A program made the translations under genes and the position numbers. This document shows, piece after piece, positions 23,982-35,645 of a DNA stretch of 64,000 bases (the stretch's first letter is position 1; every line of letters begins with the position of its first letter). The DNA is from Octopus bimaculoides (lineage: Eukaryota), in contig NC_068983.1 of NCBI RefSeq assembly GCF_001194135.2, forward strand, positions 105,798,788 through 105,862,787, written 5' to 3'. Below the pieces are notes generated by a model. The model was not told the DNA's origin, ran no database searches, and saw only the letters and a program-made list of their open reading frames with translations.

Positions 23982-26900
23982 TTGTGTGTCTGTGTTTGTA
24001 CCCCCCACTATCGCTTGACAACCGATGCTGGTGTGTTTACGTCCCCGTAACTTAGCGGTTTGGCAAAAAGAGACCGATAGAATAAGTACTAGGCTTACAA
24101 AGAATAAGTCCTAGGGTCGATTTGCTCGACTAAAAGGCGGTGCTCCAGCATGGCCGCAGTCAAATGACTGAAACAAGTAAAAGAGTAAAAGAGTAGTAAT
24201 TGTTATAGTTATTATTTTTAAAGTTTTTAATTTATTTTTTGACCCATTAGCATGTAAACTGGCCATATCTGGCCCAAATTTTCTACCGGTTTTATGTTCA
24301 TACTGGTCCGATTTGGCCTATCACACCTACTCTACAATGTCATTCTAGAAATAAACAATCACATCTATGAGATTATGTATGATTAATTCCAAACAATATG
24401 AAGAAATAAACATTCTTTAAAGTGGATGAAACTTGTGGAAGAGGGAGATCCAGGAAGACATGGGACAAAGTATTGAAGACCTATCTCAAGCTACTGAACC
24501 ATACAAAGGTGATGCCAGAGGGCTGAGTTATCTGGCACCTTGCTGTATTCAAGTAAACCCATCTGCCACAGCAGAATTGATACTGGAGCTGGTGCCACAT
24601 TAAAAGCACTGGTGTTGGTGCCATATAAAAAGCACCCAATACACTATGGAGTGGTTGGCATTAGGAAGGGCATCCAGCTGTAGCAACCATGTGAGAACAA
24701 ACAATAGAGCCTGGTGCAGTTCCTGGCCTTACGAGCTCCAGGCAAACCATCCAACCCATGCCAGCATGGAAAACATATTAAATGATGATGATGATGAGAT
24801 GGAGGAGAGTAATCTGAATGCTAAATCGTTAAATTATTTCATAAAATAAAGAAAATCCTTATTGCTTGAGAGGATAAAATTTCAGGCTACCAAGCCATGA
24901 TTTGTGGCTTTGTATTCACAACATGCATCTTCTCCAATTCACTTAACTGTTTTTCTTTACCCTCAAACTCTATAATATGCCTGCAGCATGTCTAAGTCCA
25001 TGACTCATGAGTTTGTAGGCCTGTTATCTTAACTTTTCACGTCTTATGTAAATGACTGGACTTTGCTTGCTCTTTCTTCCAAGTTCAAATCCTGCTTGTA
25101 TTGACTTGGCCTTTTATTCCATTAGTGAGCTGAGAGACTTGTAACAACATATTGGGTTGGAATTCAGTTGGCCATAGTCTGTCTCTCACAAAAGAATCCC
25201 AATTATTCCAATATGTATATGTGTGTGTGTGTGCGTGTAGCTTAGTGATTAGGATGTTGCACTTACAATTGTAAGATTGTGGTTTCAATTCCCAGAGCAG
25301 CAGTGTATTACATCATTTGATAGACTGGTCGACACAATGGTGCACTGTATGTATGTATATATACAGTAATATACATACATATGTATGTACATACATACAT
25401 ATGTACATACACTCATACATGTGTGTGTGTGTATGTGTATGTGTATGGATGAATGTAATGTTTAATTTTTATACCAGTTTTTATTCATAGTGCAATATTA
25501 AATATTTGTAAAATAAAATAAACTTCTTTGAAATGAGAAGCATTGGAGTCTGATAGTTTGACCTGGGCTCATCTTCAAAGGCTATGATATAACATAATAT
25601 TTGTTTTATATGTTGATATAATTGAAATAACTGATGGGAAAATTATCTGTACTGTTTACAATTTCTTTCATTTAATAGGATTGTTTTAAAAAGGAATCAG
25701 ACAACACTGTCAAAGCTGCAGATTATAAACACAGATACCAGAGTAGTTGCAAAAAGTATGGTATCAAAGTAAGATTTCTATTTCATTTTTCATTTTTTTT
25801 TTGTGTTAAACATAATTGTTTTATGTTTATATTGAATCTTCCCATTATTTCTCAAATCTTCAAAACAACAAGAGGTTTTGGAGTTTGGAAATGTTTGTGT
25901 GACAGAAAAAAAAATGGCATTGAATGACTAAATATTTTCAGTCATTTATGAAGATGTTGGTCTGTGGAGGATGGTTTAGGCATCTAGTTAGAATGTTGGC
26001 CTACCTACTTGGCCAGTAAGGTAGCCTCATTCAAAAGCTACAACAATGCAAAGAAGCATATTGTGACCAATGAAGTATAATACCATCTAGCAATGTGGTC
26101 AGTACAGTGATACAGTGATATAAATACATTTTTATTTTAAGAGTGATGAAGGCACATGGTTTACTGGTTAGGGCATTTAGCTCATGATCATAAAGGTGTG
26201 AGCTTGATTCCTGGCAGTGCATTGTGTCCTTGAGCGGGACACTTTATTTCATGTTGCTCTAGTTCAGGGGTTTTCAAACTTTTTGACTTGCAGACCCCTT
26301 TATATTTCAGGCTTTACCCTTATAAATGCTTATGAAATTTATACATAAATATTTGCTTAAAATAACATATATTTTACCATTTATTTATTTAACAGTATTT
26401 AACAAATAGGTTTATAGTCAATTATACACACAGGATTTTTTTAATACCTACTTAGTGAGAAGGATGTGCTTACTTGGTTTTGCACGGACCCCCAGTCTTG
26501 TCCTTGCGGACTCCCTGTGGTCCGCGGACCACAGTTTGAAAACCCCTGCTCTAGTTCACTCAGCTGGCAAAAATGAATAGTACCTATATTTCAAAGACCA
26601 GCCTTGTCACATTCTGTGTCATACTGGATCATCATCATCATCCATCATTTTGAATCTGGGTTTTGTCCCCGTTAATGGGGGTGGCCAGATCTACCTCAAT
26701 GCCATAGCAATCACCCTCACACCATCTCACCTGGTTTTTGGCATCCTCCCTTCTCAACCCTTCCAATTTCCTCTGCTTTCGCTGCCCATTCACCCCAAAC
26801 TCTAGCACCCTCTACAGAACATGCTCCTCATCCCTCCTCAACACATGCTCATACCACTGCACTCCATTCACCCTTGCCAGCCATTCTACTGATTCCTCCA

Positions 26901-29900
26901 ACCCCAGCATCCCCATCAAGTCCTCAGTCCTCTTATCAAACAGTATCACACCACACATTTCTCTCACCATTGCTCTCTCGGTCCTTCTCAAAACTACCAT
27001 CTCTCTCTCTCCCTCAAACACCATACAGCATTGCAGCTCTCACACAAATCCTATAGACCTTTCCTTTCAACTTCAATGAGAACCTTTTCCCATGTAATAA
27101 TGCTCCACATTCCCTGAACTTCACCCAGCCAAGTCTTGCTCTTGCTGTCACAGATGCTTCACATCCACCACTTGCACCTACCCTTTCTCCCAAATAGCAA
27201 AACCCTCTCACCGTCTCCACCTTGTCACATAGTGTTTCCACTAACTTCACCAGCCCTCCAGTTCCTTTCTCATGTCTCCCACAAACAAACTCTCTTGCCA
27301 GTCTTGTTGGTCTGTGGAGGATGGTTTAGGCATCCAGGTAGAATGTTGGCCTACCTGCTTGGCCAGTAAGGTAGCATCATTCTCCCTGAGAATTACATTG
27401 ATGATGATGTACACATGTCTGTAGAGTGCTCAGCCACTTGCATGTTAATTTCACCAGCAGGGTGTTCTGTTGATTGGATCAACTGGAACACTCATCGTTT
27501 TAACTGGTGGGGTGCCTGTGTATTTTAAGAGTAACAAACATCTATATCTAAGGCTTCTATTGGTTAGTGGATCTATGTATCACATCTCATTGCTGAGCTG
27601 TCTACCTGTGTTACCATAGGACTACTCTATTAAAGTTGACTTGGGACTACTTAGCAACACCACCACTACTGCTTTCATCTTTATTAAAACCACTTCCATT
27701 AGTAGCACTGACAGCATCACCATCTCTGCAAGTCTTTACCAAATCCATTACTAACCACAGCTGCTGCCGCCACCACCACCACCACCACCACCACCACCAC
27801 CACCACCACCATCATCCCTACCACCTTCAATGCCAATGACTTTGTCATTCCTGTCAGTTCAGCTACTGCCAGTTTTAGCCCTACCACTAACTCCATCACT
27901 ATCACTATTATCGTCTTTACTGGGACCAATATTACCACCATCACCACCACCACCACCACCACCATCCACTTCACCAAGATCATTACTGTCATCATCTCTA
28001 TCAATATCACTACCATCAGTTTAATTGTTACTTTAGCTCACCAACTGTATTAATTGTTATACTTAATTTATTACTTGCAGGGTGATAAAATCAAGGTGGA
28101 GTTGTTTGAATTGGCGAAGGAATTACCGCAGTTATTATGTGAGTTAACAAATGCTGTCAAATCACTCGACCCAGTTGCTGACTACTATAGGAATTTTATT
28201 GATTTCATTGTTGAAAGGTCAGTAATTTAGTAATTTAAACTAACATACAGGGAAAATGTTTTTAATGACCCTCTCATTTCCCTTAATTTGTATTTAACTT
28301 CTTACAGACAAGACTCTGCTACACTACAATGCCAATCATCAAGGAAGCCACTACATGGCTATGTAATCTACCAGAAGTACAACCAAATCTCCCTCAAGCC
28401 ACACCTTAATTCTTAAAAAACAGAGACAACATTGGATGAATATAGTCATAGATTTATTATTTCTGCTAAGCTGCAGACAGGATGATCACTACTGAAATAG
28501 CTTTGATTTTAGGCCTGCTCAATTGGAGCTAACCAGGGCTAAGCAATGACCAATACTGTATATTGGAATGCACAGTATAATCCATAGCCAGCCCTGTGTA
28601 TCAAATATCTGGTTTGTGGGTCATATATAATTAATTAAATTGATTGACTACCAAGGTGTCATAGGTTTGCTTGAGTAAGACTAACAGCATTTCACCCTGA
28701 ATGTTCTGAATTCAGATTCTGCCAAGGTTGACTTTGCCTTTCATCCTTTTCAGGGTCAATAAAATAAATACCAGTTGAACACTGGGGTCAATCCAATTGA
28801 CTTACTCCCTCCCTGAAATTGCTGGTCTTGTGCCAAAATTCGAAATCAAAATACTCCAGGCCTAATTATGGTTTATAAGAAAAACACATTTTTTAAATGG
28901 TTATTTCAATATTACACACACGAAAAAGATACCAGTGAAAGGTGTAAAACTACTTGAAGCAAACAGTGAAATGTTTTATAAGAGGCTTTATTTTTGTATG
29001 TTGTTGTTGAGTCTCATATTATTTTTTTGTTATGAAAGTCTTAAACAAGGTGAGAAGCCACTTTGTGTAAGGGATTATGAAGATGGAAACTTAGTAAGAT
29101 TTACGATCAAATGCATTCCAGCTGTGATCACATCTCTTTTTTTTTATGAGGCAAGTGAAATCGAAATCTAACTAAATTTGTAGACTGGCACCCATGCTAA
29201 CGTCTTCATTGAACACTAAACTTGGCTTGCGAAGACCTGTTGGGGCAAGCGAAAACGAAATCGTGATGGCACCAGTACCAGTAAATCACTAAGAGCACTG
29301 TCTGAGCGTGATCATTGCCAGAGCACCAGCTGTCTGGCTTCCGTGCCGGTGGCACATAAATAGCACCATTTGAGCATGACCGTAACCAACATCGCCTTCC
29401 TGGCACTTGTGCCAGTGGCACGTGAAAAGACATTCGAGCAAGATCGTTGCCAGTGCCCCTGGACTGGCTCCTGTGCAGGTGGCACGTAAAATACACCATT
29501 TCAAGCGTGGCCGTTGCCAGTACCCCCTGACNNNNNNNNNNCCGTAACCAACATCGCCTTCCTGGCACTTGTGCCAGTGGCACGTGAAAAGACATTCGAG
29601 CAAGATCGTTGCCAGTGCCCCTGGACTGGCTCCTGTGCAGGTGGCACGTAAAATACACCATTTCAAGCGTGGCCGTTGCCAGTACCCCCTGACTGGCCTT
29701 CGTGCCAGTGGTACGTAAAAGCACCCACTACACTCTCTGAGTGGTTGGCGTTAGGAAGGGCATCCAACTGTAGAAACTCTGCCAGATCAGATTGGAGCCT
29801 GGTGTAGCCATCTGGTTTCACCAGTCCTCAGTCAAATCGTCCAACCCATGCTAGCATGGAAAGCGGACATTAAACGATGATGATGATGATGATGATGATG

Positions 29901-31619
29901 AGTATATCTCAGACTACAATATCCAATGTGTCCTTCCTTTTGAGGTGATAAGATGTGATTTGAGAATAATTTGGTTGCTATTTATAGTAACTTAAGTGAC
30001 AAGGTAGTGGCTTCCAAATTCTTTTTGGCACCATAATGTATAGCTGTTTCTTTTCTCTTTGTAGAAATGACTTTTCTGGAGATTCTCTATCTATGGTGAA
30101 GTTTATCATCAACAAAGGCAACTGCAGTGTGTATGAATGGAGAACAGGTCAACCACCCATTACTATAATAGATGAGCATCAGCTAACCAATGAGGAACAA
30201 AACGACAAACGTGCCCAAGATGATAGTGTAAATAATTTAAAGTCTGTCACATGTAAATTGGAATATGTATAGACATTATCGTCAGTGATATATATGTATA
30301 TATATATTCTTTTATTCTTTTATTTGTTTCAGTCATTAGACTGCAGCCATGGTGGGGCATCGCCTTGAAGGATTTTAGTCAAAGGAATCAGCCCTAGTAC
30401 TTTTTAATTTTTTTTAAAGCCTGGTACTTATTCTAGCAGTCTATTTTGCCAAACCGTTAAGTTACAAGGATATTAACACTCTGACACCGGTTGTCAAGTG
30501 TTCGTGGGGGACAGACACATACACAAACAACACACACACACACACACACACCTATATACTGCCTGGCCTTTGTGCCGGTAGCATGTAAAATCACCCACTA
30601 CACTCGGAGTGGTTGGTGTTAGGAAGGGCATCCAGCTGTAGAAACTCTGCCAAATCAGATTGGAGCCTGGTGTAGCCATCTGGTTCACCAGTCCTCAGTC
30701 AAATCGTCCAACCCATGCTAGCATGGAAAGCGGACGTTAAACGATGATGATGATATATAATGGGCTTCTTTCAGTAGGATTAAACTTGGAACCATGTGGT
30801 TGGAAGGCAAGCTTCTTACCACACAGCTACTGATCAAACAGATTCCAAAAAGGCTGGTGTTGTTGTTTTGCATTGAAAAGACATATTAATTAGTAAAAAT
30901 CAATAAAAATAGTTGCCATGGAGAATGGAAGATCCAATGTTTTGAGCAAGGTCCTTCCTCAGAAAAAGTTGAAAGGAGAGAAATTAATGAGAGTCAGCAA
31001 AGTATTTTTTTTTTAAATCTAAGTTACAAAACTCTTTTGTCTCTCTTTTTATTTTCCTCCCTTATTTTCTCCTTTCAACTTTTCCCTTGAAGAAGGACTC
31101 TGTCTGAAACATTGGATTTTCCATTCCTTATGGCAATTTCACTTTACTCTTTTTATTGATTTTACTGATATATATATTTTTTATCTTTCATCTTTTGTTT
31201 GTTTCAGTCATTAGATAGTGGCCATGCTGGGGCACTGTCTTGAAGAATTTTTAGTTGAATGAATCAACCCCCTATACTTATCTTTTGAAGCCTTGTACTT
31301 ATTCTATCAGTCCCTGTAACCAAACTGCTAAGTTACAGGGGCATAAACACATCAACACTGGTTATCAAGTGGTATTGGAGGACACACACACACACACAGA
31401 ATTATTTTAGTTTGTTGTGTTTTTTTGTTCATTGTCCTGTATGTTCATTAGCTATTTTCAGTGACTTTCTACTTCTGGCACCACCAAAAGTGAACAATAT
31501 CCACTTTAAAGGCGCAAAATTGTAAGGATGTTTTGAATGTTGATTGATGAGGAATTAGCTACGAATTTTCTGTTAGTTATTTCTGTGAAATTTTTTAAAT
31601 ACACACATACACATACGTG

Positions 31620-31663
<44 letters not shown>

Positions 31664-34469
31664 ATAGGCTTCTTTCAGTTTCTGTCTGTCAAATCCACTC
31701 CCAAGGCTTTGGTCAGCCTGAGGTTATAGTAGAAGACTGTCCATGGTGCCATGCAGTGGGACTGAATCTGGAGTCATGGGGTAGGGAGCCAAAATTCTTA
31801 CCATCCACTTTTCTGTGCTTGCAAAGGTCAGGTGGAGTTTATTGAGACAGATCTTCCTATGCCCAGAGACCCTTCCTGTCACCAACCATGACCTCTTCCA
31901 AGTAAGGTAATATTTTCCCATAGTTAAGGCATACTTTTGCAGAATATGACAGTAATACTCATTTACAACTATCATGCAATGTCAAGGCAAGGGTAACACA
32001 TACTCTCTCTCTCTTTTTCTCCTTTTATTTCCTGTCCGCCAAACCTACTCGTAAAGTTTTGGTTGGTCCTGGGTTACAGTAGGTTGAGAAGCAAAACTTT
32101 TCAGCCATGCAGCCATATATATTCACATATATATTTGGTTGAAGGAAACTGTATTTTCTTTTTACCCAAACCCAGGAACTTTTCAGTACCCCTTCATATT
32201 ATAGCTATTTACAGTTAGGGACACTAAACTAGTGAGAATTCAATGTATACATTGCAGGCCTTCTTGAATGTAGATAACTGGAAGAATATTTATTTATACA
32301 TTTGTCTGGGTTTTCACATTCTTTGATTTATTTCTCATATTTTAGATTGATTGGGGAAATATTGAAGAAAGCAATGAAGTTAATTTTGAAGATATTGATT
32401 TTGATATGTCCCAGATAACTGTAGAATCTTCTGAAAATAATGAGGTAGGATTACGTCTTCTTTTATTTTCATTTTCTGATCTTTTCTGAGTCTGCTATCT
32501 GTTGAGATTTTTTTTCTTATACCAAATAAAAATTATCTCAACTAGTTTGAAGAAAGTTCTTAGACTGTCAGCTATTTCACATAATTTCAAATTTTTTTAA
32601 TGTTTTATATTGTTTTTACTGCTTATTATAAACTGCTTGATTCTTAAGTAGGGGATACCTTGTTTTATGGGCAACATTTTTTTTTAACTTCAGAACCTTA
32701 ATATTTCTAAAAATACATTTAACCCTTTAGTATTCAGATTCTGTCAAAAATAATGCTTATTTATTCACATTGTTTTGAATTAATCATGCAGTATCTTGTA
32801 GGTTCGAGATTTTGATGATTGACATTGCAAGGTAGGTGTGAGATACCAGATCTGGTTGGTTTGAATACAAAACAGGTAGAATATTTGGGCCAGATATGAC
32901 TGGTTTAAAAGCTAAATGAGTAATTGTGAAAAATGACTAATTCATAACTTTTTTTCTATTTTTCAATTAACTTTAACAGAAAAATGGTGAAATAGATTGG
33001 GGAGATGACACAGAAACCACTGATAAGACATCTAAAAAACATGCTAAAATTACAGGTTTGTATTCCCTTTGTTTGCATTTATCATCCCTAATCTTTGTCT
33101 CTAGTCCTGAATGCTAATCTTCGTCTCTAGTCCTGAATGCTAATCTTCGTCTCTAGTCCTGAATGTTACTGTGTAACACAATTTTTGTCCTTGGGCAACA
33201 ACTGATATTTCCTATTTGCTTACCTCTAGAAAGTATGAATAATGGCTAATATTTCCTTCAAACTTTGCTTTTGTTGCATTTATTCAAACTCAAAAGAATC
33301 CCCCTTAACACACAGCTATGATGCTCTCCTAATACTCCTGCTCATGGTCAGAGATGCACATATTATCAGCCATGAAGAAACATGCTCAGCTGGTTAAAAC
33401 CAAGCAACTGTGGTATTGAGCAGAATATTTGCTATAATGATATTTCTGCTTCAGCAATTCAGCACTGAATTTGAAACGTAATGGAAAATAGGTCAGTTTC
33501 AATACATTGATGTCCAGGTCACAAAAGCAAAGCTTGAAGGGAATAGTAGTCATTTCCTTTGATTTCTAGATAGAAGCAAATAGGAAATAACACTTACTGA
33601 CCAAAGACAAAAAAAGGAAAATAAAAATTTTGTTACACAGTCTAATTTATTAAAGGCAGATTTACAATATTCATTTTTGAAAGATGTTCATCTTGGAAGT
33701 ACATTTCACAGAGGAATGGTTTCCCTTTGATCCTTTTAACACCCAACTCCTAAAATCACCCCTAGTTCTATGATTCAAACTTCCTGTTTTCAAGTGATCT
33801 AAATTGAAACCTTCCATAGTAAAGATTCCATGGTAATGTGTGTTTNNNNNNNNNNNNNNNNNNNNNNNNNNNNNNNNNNNNNNNNNNNNNNNNNNNNNNN
33901 NNNNNNNNNNNNNNNNNNNNNNNNNNNNNNNNNNNNNNNNNNNNNNNNNNNNNNNNNNNNNNNNNNNNNNNNNNNNNNNNNNNNNNNNNNNNNNNNNNNN
34001 NNNNNNNNNNNNNNNNNNNNNNNNNNNNNNNNNNNNNNNNNNNNNNNNNNNNNNNNNNNNNNNNNNNNNNNNNNNNNNNNNNNNNNNNNNNNNNNNNNNN
34101 NNNNNNNNNNNNNNNNNNNNNNNNNNNNNNNNNNNNNNNNNNNNNNNNNNNNNNNNNNNNNNNNNNNNNNNNNNNNNNNNNNNNNNNNNNNNNNNNNNNN
34201 NNNNNNNNNNNNNNNNNNCTCTCTTTCTCTCTCTCTCTCACACACACATGCCTGCATAAGGTTGCTCACCCTGCTAGAAATAGCAACCAAATCCTATCTT
34301 AAATAAAGAAGGACATATTGGACAATGAAATACTTAATGTACAATAAGATGGATGGTCATAGCTGAAATGTTTTTGACCATAAGTCTGCTTGATCTTGGC
34401 TTACATGGGTCTAAATAATAACATCATCACGTACAGATGAACATACCTGTGCGTGTGTGCGCACGCGAG

Positions 34470-34533
<64 letters not shown>

Positions 34534-35593
34534 TAAAATAATGATAAATTAAAGTAGGAAGATTAGATTAGTTATTTCCTCAGTTCTCACCATATCCTTG
34601 TGTGTGGAGTAGTGGAGGTGAGGGTGAAAGAATATTGGTTTGGCATTATAGGTAAGAACACAGACTTTCAAGCTTAACTGTTTCATTAATTTAGAAAATG
34701 GAGTAGCCCGAGGTAATGATGCCCTCACAGTTCTTGAGGCCCAGGATACAAGAAATTTGTTGATGGAAGACTTGATGGAGGTAAAAGTATTGTTTGTACT
34801 GTCTGTATATTTAACCCTTTTACATTCATATTACTCTGACAAATTTAACACTTATCAATTCATTGTTTTGAATTAATCATGCAATATTTTAATTAATTAA
34901 TATCCATAATTGCCCACGGGCATATGGCGTAGTGGTTAAGAGCGCGGGCTACTAACCCCAAGATTCTGAGTTCAATTCACGGCAGCGACCTGATTAATAA
35001 TAGTAACAATAATAATAATATAATAATAGTAACATCGTTAGGAATGAGAACCCAGGTTTGAAAATTTCCCCAAGACGCCTGACGAAGGCTGGAGGGTATA
35101 TCAGCCGAAACGTTGTGTTAACAACAAACAAGATGAGGACAAATATCCATCAAAAGTAAATCATGTAAATAATATCTTATAGCTTTGAGATTTTAATGAT
35201 GTGTTTGTTTATTTTTAGAATAACATTGCAGGGTAGGTGTGAGAGGCCAGTTGTGGCTGATTTGGCCATAAAACAAAGAGAACATTTTAGTCAGATATGG
35301 CTGGTTTAAATGCTAAAGGTTTAAACAGTTCTTAGTCTAATGAATACAATTAATTTTTTTAATTTAAACAGTTCTTGTAGGAATATATAGAGCCACTCAT
35401 TTCTGCTGATTGCATATGTTTATTGATAAAATTTCAGTAGTGGCATTGTTTTTAGAATTTAACTGACAGAAAGGCAGTGTATTTCAGCAGAAAAACATGG
35501 GTCTAAATAATAACATCGTGGCACCTTGGGCAAGTGTCTTCTATTATAGCCTCGTGAGTAGATTTGGTAGATGGAAACTGAAAGAAGCCTGTC

Positions 35594-35645
<52 letters not shown>

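Noticed and set aside
25955-27380. About 75-bp direct repeat at about 25955-26030 and 27305-27380, considered as a duplicated snoRNA
   Set aside because: No convincing C/D or H/ACA boxes; the second copy runs into a SINE 3' half, so it is a dispersed repeat fragment.
29383-29690. Exact approximately 150-bp tandem duplication producing repeated ORFs (29206-29724, 29289-29666)
   Set aside because: The copies are identical and separated by a short N gap, which is typical of a scaffolding overlap artefact inside a repeat.
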